Shown piece after piece: positions 15,016 to 24,347 of a DNA stretch of 40,863 nucleotides. The translations under genes and the position numbers were made by a program. Under the pieces are notes generated by a model, which was not told the DNA's origin, searched no databases, and was given only the letters and a program-made list of their open reading frames with translations. Origin of the DNA: a virus. Numbering within the stretch: the first letter of the stretch is position 1; every line of letters starts with the position of its first letter. The stretch lies in the IMG/VR virus record IMGVR_UViG_3300045988_129344; one strand, given 5' to 3'.

Positions 15016-15498
15016 GTGATAAGAGTGACTGAAAAGCAAAAGTTGTTTTGTGAGGAATATTTGATTGATTTGAACGCGACACAAGCGGCATTAAGAGCGG
15101 GATATTCGGAAAAGACGGCGTATTCGATTGGGAATGAGAACTTGAAGAAACCTGAAATTCAAGAATACATACAAAAGCGGCTAAAAGAGAAAGAGGACGC
15201 TCTTATCGCCAAACAAGATGAGGTGTTAAAGACGTTAACCGCCGTTATGCGTCGTGAGAAGCCTGAAACGGTTGTAGTGACGTGTAAAGCCCGTAAGTCG
15301 TATTACGATGACAAGGGTAAAAAGGTCATTGACGAAGCAGAACAGCCGATGTGCGTTGAGATACCGACAAAGGTGTCGGACGTAAACAAAGCGGCGGAAA
15401 TGTTGGGTAAATACTACGCATTATTCACAGAGAAATTAAACGTTGACGGTGATATGGACTACAGCATTAAAATTGATTACGGCGGTGAGGACGAATGA
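15016..15498 (+). CDS. terS: Terminase small subunit
   Basis: KLFCEEYLIDLNATQAALRAGYSEKTAYSIGNENLKKPEIQEYI is typical of Terminase_2. The start may be the GTG at 15025. Confidence 0.88.
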   Translation: MIRVTEKQKLFCEEYLIDLNATQAALRAGYSEKTAYSIGNENLKKPEIQEYIQKRLKEKEDALIAKQDEVLKTLTAVMRREKPETVVVTCKARKSYYDDKGKKVIDEAEQPMCVEIPTKVSDVNKAAEMLGKYYALFTEKLNVDGDMDYSIKIDYGGEDE

Positions 15499-16733
15499 AC
15501 AAAATAACAGTACCGTTCAATCCGATATTCAAACCTGTACATCAGTGTAAGAAACGTTACGTTGTAATGAAAGGCAGTGCCGGAAGTGGCAAGAGCGTTG
15601 ATACCGCACAACTGTACATATTGCGTTTAATGCGTGACAAAGGGCGTAATCTTGTATGTGTGAGAAAGTCCGACATAACAAACCGTGACAGCACTTTTGC
15701 GGAGCTTGAATCAGCTATAAACCGTATGGGCGTTGGCAGAGCGTGGAGAGTTACGCAAAGTCCGTTGTCGTTCACCTGTATAAACGGCAACAAGATTATA
15801 TTTCGTGGTGTCAACGATAACAAGCAACGTGAAAAACTGAAATCAATCACATTTGCGAATGGTAAGTTGACCGACGTATGGATTGAAGAAGCTACGGAAC
15901 TTGTACAACAGGATTTTGAAATTATAGATGACCGTTTGAGAGGTGAACTCCCCGACGGTCTTTTTTATCAGATAAAATTGACGTTCAACCCTGTATCGTC
16001 AAGTCACTGGATAAAGAAAGTGTTTTTCGATATACAGGACGATAATGTCTTAACGCATCAAAGCACATATTTAACAAACCGATTTTGTGATGAGGCGTAT
16101 CGACAACGTATGTTACGACGTAAAGAGGTTGACCCTGAGGGCTACAGAATTTACGGCTTGGGCGAATGGGGCGAAACAGGCGGATTGATATTCTCAAACT
16201 ATCGCATTGAAGAATTTGATACAGATATGAGCCGTTTTGACGCTATGGCGATAGGACAGGACTTCGGCTTTAATCACGCAAATGCTATATTGACGTTAGG
16301 CTATAAGGACGGTGATATTTACGTTTGTAATGAACTGTATGTACACGAAATGGACACAACAGAGATTATCCAAAAAGCTGACGGGAAGTTCAGCAAAAGT
16401 CTTGCAATGTGGTGCGACAGTGCAGAGCCGGACCGTATAAAAATGTGGCGAAAGGCAGGCTATCGCGCAAGGGCAGTTGTTAAAAATCCGAACAGCATAC
16501 AATCGCAGATTGACTGGTTAAAAGGCAGAAAGATACATATTCATCCGTCTTGCGTGAATGTAATCAAAGAGATACAGCAATGGCGTTGGCGAGTGGACGA
16601 GAAGTCGGGCGAGTATACAGACGAACCTGTCAACGTTTTTGACGACGCAATGGCGGCGTTGAGGTACGGCGTTGAGAGTTGGCGCAAGGATAAGAAAGCT
16701 AAAATCTATTCAAGAGAGGAGTACGGAATATGA
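15495..16733 (+). CDS. terL: Terminase large subunit (PBSX/Terminase_3-like)
   Basis: Walker A MKGSAGSGKS. WIEEATE is Walker B. C-terminal nuclease region. Overlaps TerS. Confidence 0.92.
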   Translation: MNKITVPFNPIFKPVHQCKKRYVVMKGSAGSGKSVDTAQLYILRLMRDKGRNLVCVRKSDITNRDSTFAELESAINRMGVGRAWRVTQSPLSFTCINGNKIIFRGVNDNKQREKLKSITFANGKLTDVWIEEATELVQQDFEIIDDRLRGELPDGLFYQIKLTFNPVSSSHWIKKVFFDIQDDNVLTHQSTYLTNRFCDEAYRQRMLRRKEVDPEGYRIYGLGEWGETGGLIFSNYRIEEFDTDMSRFDAMAIGQDFGFNHANAILTLGYKDGDIYVCNELYVHEMDTTEIIQKADGKFSKSLAMWCDSAEPDRIKMWRKAGYRARAVVKNPNSIQSQIDWLKGRKIHIHPSCVNVIKEIQQWRWRVDEKSGEYTDEPVNVFDDAMAALRYGVESWRKDKKAKIYSREEYGI

Positions 16734-18076
16734 TAATTGATGAAGATATAGTTGCGGGCGGTGTGACACCGTTCATCATAACAAAATTGATTGAACGGCA
16801 CGAACGAGAGCGACAGAGATACCGATTGTTACACGATTACTATATGGGCGACCACCGTATTTTAAATCGCAGAAAAAGGGGCAAAAACGTGGCAAACAAC
16901 CGTATAATGTGTAATCACGCAAAGTACATAACGGATATGACGCAAAGTTATTTGGTTGGCAATCCTGTAACATATGCAGTGTCGGACGATTACGACATTG
17001 AGGCAATCAAAAACGCATATTTGGAACAGGACATTCCGAGTGTGGACAGCGAGATTGTGAAAAATATGAGTATTTACGGCAGGGCGTACGAGTTGATATA
17101 TGCGGACGAAAACAGCAAGCCGAGAAGTGTACGATTGGATCCGGAGCATACATTTGTATGTTACTCACAGTCGGCATTTGAAAAGCCGTTGTTTGCGGTG
17201 TATTACTACAAGAAATACGACCTTGACGGCTACTGCACAGGCAGTATTTGTCGTGTGTATGACGAATCGTTTATATATACATACACAGGTCTTGACAGCT
17301 ATACGGCGTTGTCATTGCAAAATGTTGAACCGCATTACTTTTTTGATGTTCCGATTATCGAATACAGAAATAATACGGAAATGCAGGGCGATTTTGAACA
17401 GCTTATAACGCAGATTGACGCATACAACGTGTTGATGTCAGATAGAATTAATGACAAAGAGCAATTTGTTAATTCGCTGTTGTTTTTGTGCAACTGCGAC
17501 CTTGACACCGAACAGGCAAAAAAATTATTGGTAGAACGTATCTTAATGGGTGACGGTGACGCAAAGGCGGAGTATCTGTCAAAGGTGCTGAACGAGGCTG
17601 ATACAAAGGTGTTGCGTGACGACATCAAGGACGATATACACCGTTTGTCACACGTTCCTGATTTGTCGGACGAAAGTTTCGGCAATAATTTGTCGGGCGT
17701 GGCGATAAAGTATAAGCTGTTGGGATTTGAACAGCACGTCAAGAACAAAGAACGTAATTTTGCTAAGACGTTGAGAAAACGTTTGGAGATTTACAACAAT
17801 TTCTTAGTGACATTAAACGCAATGAAAGAAGTGCCGTCGCACAGAGTTGATATAGGATTTACATATAACTTGCCTGCAAACGAACTTGAAATAGCACAGA
17901 TGATTAATTACCTCAAAGGTCTTGCGTCTGACGAAACACTTTTAGAGCGTCTGCCGTTTATAACAGACGCAAAGGAAGAAGTTGAAATCGCACGCAGAGA
18001 ACAGGCTGAAAAGTCCGCCGAAGATATGCGTATCGCTGAAAGTTCGGCAAGGAAAGTAAACTACAATGAAGAGTAA
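16730..18076 (+). CDS. Portal protein (SPP1 gp6-like)
   Basis: 448 aa immediately after TerL. The N-terminal YYMGDHRILNR...NNRIMCNHAKYITDMTQSYLVGNPVTY pattern fits. Confidence 0.9.
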   Translation: MIIDEDIVAGGVTPFIITKLIERHERERQRYRLLHDYYMGDHRILNRRKRGKNVANNRIMCNHAKYITDMTQSYLVGNPVTYAVSDDYDIEAIKNAYLEQDIPSVDSEIVKNMSIYGRAYELIYADENSKPRSVRLDPEHTFVCYSQSAFEKPLFAVYYYKKYDLDGYCTGSICRVYDESFIYTYTGLDSYTALSLQNVEPHYFFDVPIIEYRNNTEMQGDFEQLITQIDAYNVLMSDRINDKEQFVNSLLFLCNCDLDTEQAKKLLVERILMGDGDAKAEYLSKVLNEADTKVLRDDIKDDIHRLSHVPDLSDESFGNNLSGVAIKYKLLGFEQHVKNKERNFAKTLRKRLEIYNNFLVTLNAMKEVPSHRVDIGFTYNLPANELEIAQMINYLKGLASDETLLERLPFITDAKEEVEIARREQAEKSAEDMRIAESSARKVNYNEE

Positions 18077-19568
18077 GGCATATTGGGTAAAACGTGCCGT
18101 TGAAGTTGAAACATATTTGCAATCGCAAGCGGACAGCGTTAAGGACGGTGTAATTAAGGCGTATGAGCGAGCAATCAAAAATGTAAACAATGACATTGAG
18201 AAAACGTTCAAAGCCTATATTTCGACCGATATACCCGAAAAAGAGGCACGCCGATTAATGAGCATAGCCGACAGCGACAAACAGTACGAAGAACTTCTTG
18301 AACTGTATGCCGAAACAGACGACAAGACAGTCAAAAAAGAAATTCTAAACCGTATAAATGCACAGGCATACGGTGCGAGAATTAGCCGATTAGAGGGACT
18401 GAAACGGAATGTATATATTTACTTTAGGCGCGTTGCAAACGAGGCTATAAAGGAGCAAAAGAAACTGTATGACAGTGCGGTAAAGACGGCGTATTATACG
18501 AATATTTTTGATACCGCACAAGGTTTAAACTGCGGTATTGATTTTCCACTTGTACCGCAAAAGGCGGTTAATAAAGTGTTAAGTGAGCCGTGGCACGGTC
18601 ACAACTACAGCGAGAGAGTGTGGATACATAACGACAGATTTATACAGGCAGTCGGACAGACGATTGAGGACGGTATAATCAGCGGTCACAGTGTAAGCCG
18701 TATGACCGATAAGCTGATTGATTACGTCAAAGATACTGCACCGGGTGGAATACGAACATCAGCCGAAACACTTGTGCGAAGTGAAACGGCACATTTTATG
18801 AACCAAGGTCAGAGAATGGCATATGAGGAAATCGGCATAAAACAGTATCGTTTTGTTGCGGCACTGTCTGAATTGACGTGTGACAGGTGCGGAAGTCTTG
18901 ACGGTAGCGTGTTTGATACGGATAAAGCCGTTGAGGGCGAAAACTTCCCACCGATACACCCACGTTGCCGTTGTGTTACGATTATGGCAGACGTGAATTT
19001 GACAAGTCGTATTGCACGCGATCCGCTCACTGGCGAAAATTACAAAGTTGACGGTGGTATGACGTTTGACGAATGGAAAAGCGGTTTGACAGATGAGCAA
19101 AGAAATGCGTTAAAATATGTTGCAAATAGTGAAAAACGTGGTATAATAGAGATGAAAAGAAAAAAGAACGATAATAAATCAGAAACTATGCCCAAAAAGC
19201 AACTTCAAAAAATAATTAAAAGGTTTAAGAAGTTGGGAGGAACTATTCAAATGAGCGAGGAAACGGATAAATATTTGGATAGTAAATTTGCAGAAGCAAT
19301 TACATATGATGCGCATACAATTTTATTACGTCAAAAACCTAGTCGTGCCAGTGTATTTGAAGAGCTTATACATTCCGCTCAATATGGAACGGGGAAAAAT
19401 GATGGAAGTTATATTAGTCGATTAAAGTGTGAAATAGAGGCACAAGAGAAATTACTAAGATACCAAAAAGCATACAGACTTACTAAAATTGAGGTCGAAC
19501 AAACAGAAAAGGCTTTAAATGATTACAAAAATGAATTAAAACTATACTATAAAAAAGGCGGTGTGTGA
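18066..19568 (+). CDS. MuF/SPP1 gp7-like head morphogenesis protein with a C-terminal extension of about 150 aa of unknown function
   Basis: MuF hallmark FPPIHPRCRCVTIM near residue 300. The C-terminal part, from about nt 19100, is visibly AT-richer and contains EELIHSAQ (19359-19382). Confidence 0.85.
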   Translation: MKSKAYWVKRAVEVETYLQSQADSVKDGVIKAYERAIKNVNNDIEKTFKAYISTDIPEKEARRLMSIADSDKQYEELLELYAETDDKTVKKEILNRINAQAYGARISRLEGLKRNVYIYFRRVANEAIKEQKKLYDSAVKTAYYTNIFDTAQGLNCGIDFPLVPQKAVNKVLSEPWHGHNYSERVWIHNDRFIQAVGQTIEDGIISGHSVSRMTDKLIDYVKDTAPGGIRTSAETLVRSETAHFMNQGQRMAYEEIGIKQYRFVAALSELTCDRCGSLDGSVFDTDKAVEGENFPPIHPRCRCVTIMADVNLTSRIARDPLTGENYKVDGGMTFDEWKSGLTDEQRNALKYVANSEKRGIIEMKRKKNDNKSETMPKKQLQKIIKRFKKLGGTIQMSEETDKYLDSKFAEAITYDAHTILLRQKPSRASVFEELIHSAQYGTGKNDGSYISRLKCEIEAQEKLLRYQKAYRLTKIEVEQTEKALNDYKNELKLYYKKGGV

Positions 19569-19569
19569 T

Positions 19570-19797
19570 ATGGATATAATAAATTCATTGAAAATTGGAC
19601 AAAATATATCGGTACAAATCAATGACAACGGTATAAACTTAAAAAATGGGGGATATGTTGCAGATGAAAACGGAAACCGCTTTAAAATATTATCAGTAGC
19701 GATGATAAATAATCATAAACGATTAATTGATAGTAATGCAGAGTTATTGTTGGCGGGAGATGTTAATAATATCGGAAAAAAATTATATACGATATGA
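19570..19797 (+). CDS. Small protein (75 aa), candidate cognate/immunity partner of the MuF C-terminal domain
   Basis: The ATG lies 1 nt after the MuF stop. The gene has the same AT-rich composition and is followed by a terminator. Confidence 0.5.
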   Translation: MDIINSLKIGQNISVQINDNGINLKNGGYVADENGNRFKILSVAMINNHKRLIDSNAELLLAGDVNNIGKKLYTI

Positions 19798-19846
19798 TTT
19801 AATGAAAAAGAGTGTGTAAGAAAAAACTAAATATAAATTAAATATT

Positions 19847-19875
19847 AAAAGCACGTTTGCAGACGTGCTTTTTTG
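19847..19875 (+). terminator. Rho-independent terminator
   Basis: aaaagcacgt / acgtgctttt stem with a 6-nt loop and a T-run. Confidence 0.8.
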
Positions 19876-20024
19876 ATATTCAAATTTATTGAAAGGCGGT
19901 GATAGTGTGAGAGTAGGCACAACATACACATAGAAGAAAGGAATGGTGATCCGATTATCTCCCTGTTAGACGTGGGGTTATACGTCTTATTTTTATACAA
20001 TTTTTTAAGAAAGGAATGATTTGA

Positions 20025-20561
20025 ATGGCAGAGCCAACACCAAATCCATCAAAAACAACGGAGCCAACACCTCCGACACCTCCGACACCTCCGGAGCCTC
20101 CCGCACCGAATAACGGCGACAATCAAAAGGCGATTGATGACGCAGTAGCGGCGGCAAAAGAGAAGTGGGAAAAGGAACTTGAGCAAAAGCTAAAGGACGC
20201 TGAAAACGAGGGCATGAGAAAAGCCAAGTTGACAAACGAGCAAAGAAAAAAAGAGGACGACGACAAGGAACGAGCAGAATTTGAAAAGGCAAAGGCAGAG
20301 TTTGAACGTGAAAAAATCGTTGCATATGCCGAAACAGAACTTGCCAAAGTCGGATTGTCTGCCGAGATTGCAAAGTACATTGTAGTAGAGGACAAGGATA
20401 GCACAAAGGCGGTTATTGACAAGATAAAAGAAAGCTATGACAAAGATGTACAAGCAGGTGTTACCGAGCGTTTAAAGGGCAAAACACCGGATTTAAACGG
20501 TGGCAGTGGCGGTCACAACACAGGCAGTTTTATGGACATAATCAGAGAAAATCAAAGATAG
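20025..20561 (+). CDS. Capsid scaffolding protein (DUF4355-like)
   Basis: Pro/Thr-rich N-terminus, highly charged coiled coil, then VGLSAEIAKYIVVEDKDSTKAVIDKIKESYDKDV. It sits upstream of the capsid gene. Confidence 0.85.
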   Translation: MAEPTPNPSKTTEPTPPTPPTPPEPPAPNNGDNQKAIDDAVAAAKEKWEKELEQKLKDAENEGMRKAKLTNEQRKKEDDDKERAEFEKAKAEFEREKIVAYAETELAKVGLSAEIAKYIVVEDKDSTKAVIDKIKESYDKDVQAGVTERLKGKTPDLNGGSGGHNTGSFMDIIRENQR

Positions 20562-20572
20562 GAGTGAAATAA

Positions 20573-21724
20573 ATGGGTTATTTAAAAAATGAATTGACAG
20601 GATTTGTACCTGTCGAGCAAGCAACAGAAATCATCAAAATGGTGACAAGGGGTTCAAGTGTTTTAAGAATGGCGAAAGTCGAGGAAATGAAACACGAGAA
20701 AAAGAAGTTTAACGTACTTACAGACGGTCCGGGTGCTTACTGGGTCGGTGAGGGTGAAAGAATTAAGACAAGCGGTGCTACTTGGATTCACCCTGAAATC
20801 GAGGCGAAGAAGTTAGCCGTTATTATTCCGGTAACAAAGGAAAAGTTGGAAGATCCGACTATCAGCGTATTTGAAGAACTAAAGCCGGAAATTGCAGAGG
20901 CATTCTACAGAGCGATTGACGCGGCGTGCATTTTCGGTACAAATTCGCCGTTCAAGACAAACATTATGAACGCTATAGACAGCAAGCATATGGTTGTTAC
21001 AGACAACACAAATATTGATATTGCTATATCTGACGCAATGTCAATGATTGAAGAAAACGGCTATGACCCGTCGGGATTTATCGGTCGTATCGGTGTTAAG
21101 AATATGCTGAGAAAATTGCGTGACGCAAACGGCGCACCTGCATATGTCAACGGTACAACAGGTGGTGAGTTGTACGGTCAGCCTATCGAATTTGTGCGCA
21201 ACGGTGCGTGGGACAACAAACGTGCCGATATTATCACAGGTAACTTCAAGTATGCCGTTGTCGGTATGCGTGCAGGTATCAATTACGAAATTCTTACCGA
21301 GGCTACACTACAAGGCACTCTTGACAGTGACGGTAAACCGCTATCACTTGCGGAGCAGGATATGGTTGCAATCAAAGCTACTATGCGTTTAGGTTTCCTT
21401 GTGGTTAAGGACGACGCATTTGCCGCATTTAAGAACGGTGTTCCGACACTTGGCGAATTGACAGTTGAATCGGTTGCAGGAACAACAGGCAACACTGTTA
21501 TTACAGTATCGCCAAAGCCTATCGGCGGTCACAAGTTGGTTTACAAGACTGTCGCAAGCACCGCTCCAAGTGTTGCGTATGACGACGATTTGTCGAAGTG
21601 GACAGAGTTTAACAACGGTGACGAAATCACTGCGACAAACGGTCACAAGATTACAGTTGCGGAAGTTACCGCAGACGGCAAAGCGAGAAAGTCGGGCAGT
21701 GCCGACGTTGTAAGCGGTGAATAA
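20573..21724 (+). CDS. Major capsid protein (HK97 fold) with a C-terminal Ig-like extension
   Basis: GQPIEFVRNGAWDNKRADIITGNFKYAVVGMRAGINYEILTEA...AIKATMRLGFLV fits the Phage_capsid pattern. The last 85 aa or so are beta-rich (LTVESVAGTTGNTVITVSP...). Confidence 0.9.
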   Translation: MGYLKNELTGFVPVEQATEIIKMVTRGSSVLRMAKVEEMKHEKKKFNVLTDGPGAYWVGEGERIKTSGATWIHPEIEAKKLAVIIPVTKEKLEDPTISVFEELKPEIAEAFYRAIDAACIFGTNSPFKTNIMNAIDSKHMVVTDNTNIDIAISDAMSMIEENGYDPSGFIGRIGVKNMLRKLRDANGAPAYVNGTTGGELYGQPIEFVRNGAWDNKRADIITGNFKYAVVGMRAGINYEILTEATLQGTLDSDGKPLSLAEQDMVAIKATMRLGFLVVKDDAFAAFKNGVPTLGELTVESVAGTTGNTVITVSPKPIGGHKLVYKTVASTAPSVAYDDDLSKWTEFNNGDEITATNGHKITVAEVTADGKARKSGSADVVSGE

Positions 21725-21725
21725 T

Positions 21726-22079
21726 ATGGAACAGTTGGGGACACTAAAAATGTTGTTGGGAATTAAGGACGACGAGCAAGACAGCTTGTTGTCCTTTTTG
21801 ATTGAGGACACGGTTAATATGATTATGGCGTATTGTCATATTGATGTACTGCCACGTCAGCTTGAAAGCCTTGTTCCGAAGATTGCGGCGGATATGTACA
21901 GGGCGAAAGGTTACGGGGACAGTAAAAGTCCCGAAGTAGTCAAGAGCAGAAGTGAGGGCGAACGTTCCGTCACATATGCCGAAACCGACAATGACAAGAT
22001 TTTCAGCAACTATTATAAACGCCTTGACCCGTTCCGAAAACGAAAGGGGCGTGTTCCGAGTGACATCAGTATTCAGTGA
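21726..22079 (+). CDS. Head-tail connector (gp6-like)
   Basis: LKMLLGIKDDEQDSLLSFLIEDTVNMIMAYCHID is typical of Phage_connect_1. Confidence 0.8.
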   Translation: MEQLGTLKMLLGIKDDEQDSLLSFLIEDTVNMIMAYCHIDVLPRQLESLVPKIAADMYRAKGYGDSKSPEVVKSRSEGERSVTYAETDNDKIFSNYYKRLDPFRKRKGRVPSDISIQ

Positions 22080-22374
22080 TTTTTACGATAAAACTGTTAT
22101 AATCGCAGAATATGAAATTGATGACTATACAGGTAAAACCGAAAAGACTGTATTGTCCGAAATCAAAGCCGATGTACAACCGTACAGCGGTGGCAGAGCA
22201 AGAGAGCAATACGGTTTGGATATAGAATGTCAAATGCGTATGTTCTGCGATATGTCAGACGACGTAAAGGTCGGTAACAGGGTTGAATATGACGGCGACA
22301 TATATGATATAACATATGTGCAGAAATGGGACAGCGGTTTGGTAGCAATGCTCGAAAGGAGTAGGCTGAAATGA
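22060..22374 (+). CDS. Head closure / head-tail adaptor protein
   Basis: IKADVQPYSGGRAREQYG...VGNRVEYDGDIYDITYV fits the Phage_H_T_join pattern. GTG start at 22060 after AAAGGGG; the start is uncertain. Confidence 0.7.
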   Translation: MTSVFSDFYDKTVIIAEYEIDDYTGKTEKTVLSEIKADVQPYSGGRAREQYGLDIECQMRMFCDMSDDVKVGNRVEYDGDIYDITYVQKWDSGLVAMLERSRLK

Positions 22375-22781
22375 ATTTTTCAATCGAGGGGATAGAGAAC
22401 GTTGTTGACAAGCTGACACAGTATGCGTCGGGCGATAAAATACAGCGAGGTTTGGCAATGGCGGGTGAAGTCGTAAGAGCGCACGCAGTGGCAAACTGTC
22501 CTGTTGCAACAGGGCGTTTAAAGGGCAGTATCGTAAGCCAAGTGGACGGTGACAGCGTTGCAATCGGTCCGACTGCCGATTACGGCATTTATGTTGAATT
22601 CGGCACGGGCTCAAAGGGCGACAAATCTGTTTCGCATACGTCAAAAAGACACTGGACGTATTACAGTGGCGGTCGATTTTACACAACGTCGGGTCAAGCA
22701 CCACAGCCGTTCCTCGTACCTGCACTGAAAAATAACATCAGCGAGATAATCGCTAAGTTTAAGGAGGTGTATAACTCGTGA
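22371..22781 (+). CDS. HK97 gp10-family tail component
   Basis: ANCPVATGRLKGSI...YGIYVEFGTG...QPFLVPAL. Confidence 0.85.
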   Translation: MNFSIEGIENVVDKLTQYASGDKIQRGLAMAGEVVRAHAVANCPVATGRLKGSIVSQVDGDSVAIGPTADYGIYVEFGTGSKGDKSVSHTSKRHWTYYSGGRFYTTSGQAPQPFLVPALKNNISEIIAKFKEVYNS

Positions 22782-22838
22782 AACGAGTTATAGCGAGCAA
22801 ATACGAAGTATTTGTGTTAGCGTAGGGAGGGTGATACG

Positions 22839-23192
22839 GTGTTTGATATTGGTTTGGAATTACGGGATATTTTAAAACAGATAGATGATGTAAGCGTATG
22901 TTTTGCATATCCCGATAATTTTAATAAATTACCCGCAATAGCATATTACACGCTAACGGACAAAGGCTCAATGTCATATGACAATACGGTTTTTACGAAT
23001 GATACAACTGTTCAGATTGATATTTACGCCGATTATCCGCAAACGTGTTTTGAATTGTCGGAGAAAGTATATAAATTGTTGACTGATCATGAATATTATC
23101 ACGAAATGACAATGGACGTACCCAATCCCGACGATAAAAGTATAAAACATAGGACAATGAGATTTACGAAAGTAGTAGAAAGGAATGATTGA
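22839..23192 (+). CDS. Tail completion/terminator-like protein (DUF3168-like)
   Basis: Positioned between the gp10-like and major tail genes. GTG start after GGGAGGG. Confidence 0.5.
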   Translation: MFDIGLELRDILKQIDDVSVCFAYPDNFNKLPAIAYYTLTDKGSMSYDNTVFTNDTTVQIDIYADYPQTCFELSEKVYKLLTDHEYYHEMTMDVPNPDDKSIKHRTMRFTKVVERND

Positions 23193-23195
23193 TTT

Positions 23196-23813
23196 ATGGC
23201 AAATACAGAGAAAAGAAAACCACTACCTACAATAGGTGTGGACAAGTACACATTTTTCGCAGTTTTAACTGACACATCAGAGGGCGCAACATATGGTGAT
23301 CCGTACAATTTAAGAGGTACAGTCGAAATTGCACCGACAGACGCAGGCGGCAGTGATGTTTTTGACGCCGATAACGGTGCGTATGAAACATCAAACTACA
23401 TTGAAAAATTAGGTCACGACATCACAAATGCCGATATTCCGCCGGAAGTTGATTCAATGTGGCGTGGACTGACACAAAAAGACGGTGTAGTAGAGGTCGG
23501 CAACGATACAAAAACAGTTTATTTCGGTGTTGCGTGGAGAATTATGAAATCCGACGGCTCATACCGTTATGTTAGATACTACAAGGGTTCATACAGCTTT
23601 GCGTCAAACGTAGGCGGTAAGACTAAGGCGTCAAGCGGTGCACCTGAAAAGCAAACTGCAAAGGCTACATATACAGCCGTACAACGTGATTTTGACAACA
23701 ACTATTACGCATACTTTGACGAAAGCGATTTGCCGGAGGGCGTTACAAAGACAGAACTTGAGGAAAACTGGTTTAAGGATATGAACTACTATCCAGTGAA
23801 GAAAGCACTTTAA
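23196..23813 (+). CDS. Major tail protein (phi13/TP901-1-like)
   Basis: 205 aa with a typical N-terminus (YTFFAVLTDTSEGATYGDPYNLRGTVEIAPT). It lies upstream of the chaperone and tape measure genes. Confidence 0.85.
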   Translation: MANTEKRKPLPTIGVDKYTFFAVLTDTSEGATYGDPYNLRGTVEIAPTDAGGSDVFDADNGAYETSNYIEKLGHDITNADIPPEVDSMWRGLTQKDGVVEVGNDTKTVYFGVAWRIMKSDGSYRYVRYYKGSYSFASNVGGKTKASSGAPEKQTAKATYTAVQRDFDNNYYAYFDESDLPEGVTKTELEENWFKDMNYYPVKKAL

Positions 23814-23819
23814 GACAAG

Positions 23820-23843
23820 GCACGCCGAAAGGCGTGCTTTTTT
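23820..23843 (+). terminator. Rho-independent terminator/attenuator after the major tail gene
   Basis: gcacgcc-gaaa-ggcgtgc stem followed by TTTTTT. Confidence 0.75.
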
Positions 23844-23866
23844 CGTATAGAGAGGAGCGAGTAACA

Positions 23867-24178
23867 ATGCAAAGAGTATTAACATTTGTACACAACAAAA
23901 AAAAGTATGTATCAAAACCGTGGTGTTTCGGTGCGGCAACGTTGGTTGAAAAAGAATATATGGACGTTGCAGAGGGTGAAAAAGTAACGGCTACGTCGGT
24001 ATGTGCAGATGCCGTTGACTATCTGTTTGAGGGTACAGAGGCGACACAAGATATTTTAGACACGGCTGTTTCAGCAAAAATGAGAATGTGTCGTGAAGTT
24101 ATGAAGTGGTTTATGGACGATTTTACGGGAAAAAACGAGGAAAGCCTGCCGGAGCAGGCAACCGAAAAGGAAGATTAA
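23867..24178 (+). CDS. Tail assembly chaperone (gpG-like)
   Basis: ATG at 23867 after AGAGGAG. Acidic C-terminus. It contains the slippery site. Confidence 0.8.
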   Translation: MQRVLTFVHNKKKYVSKPWCFGAATLVEKEYMDVAEGEKVTATSVCADAVDYLFEGTEATQDILDTAVSAKMRMCREVMKWFMDDFTGKNEESLPEQATEKED

Positions 24179-24333
24179 GCGATTTATATGGGACAATGCT
24201 GAAATATCACGGTATATTGCCGAATGATTTGGCAAAACAAGACCCAAGATTATTACTTGCAGTTATAATCGAGGACGAGGAAGAAGAATATACAGGAAAC
24301 GACCCGTATTTAAAAATGTTTTATGGAATGTAG
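23867..24333 (+). CDS. Tail assembly chaperone -1 frameshift product (gpGT-like)
   Basis: The -1 frame from 24127 reads GKKRGKPAGAGN...GILPNDLAKQDPRLLLAVI and ends at 24333, just before the tape measure gene. Confidence 0.7.
24127..24133 (+). promoter_or_regulatory. Programmed -1 ribosomal frameshift slippery heptamer G GGA AAA
   Basis: The zero frame is acG GGA AAA aac. Slipping back gives GGG AAA, which continues the 24106-24333 ORF. Confidence 0.7.
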
Positions 24334-24347
24334 TGAGGTGATTTGTA

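Noticed and set aside
16776-17748. ORFs in alternative frames or strands inside the portal gene (16776-17006, 16862-17149, 17100-17408, 17335-17748)
   Set aside because: They are embedded in the strongly supported portal CDS, lack an RBS and have no protein-like features.
20005-20453. Three overlapping minus-strand ORFs (133, 99 and 87 aa)
   Set aside because: They are antisense to the scaffolding gene, whose repetitive Glu/Lys codons keep the opposite frames open. No RBS or promoter was seen.
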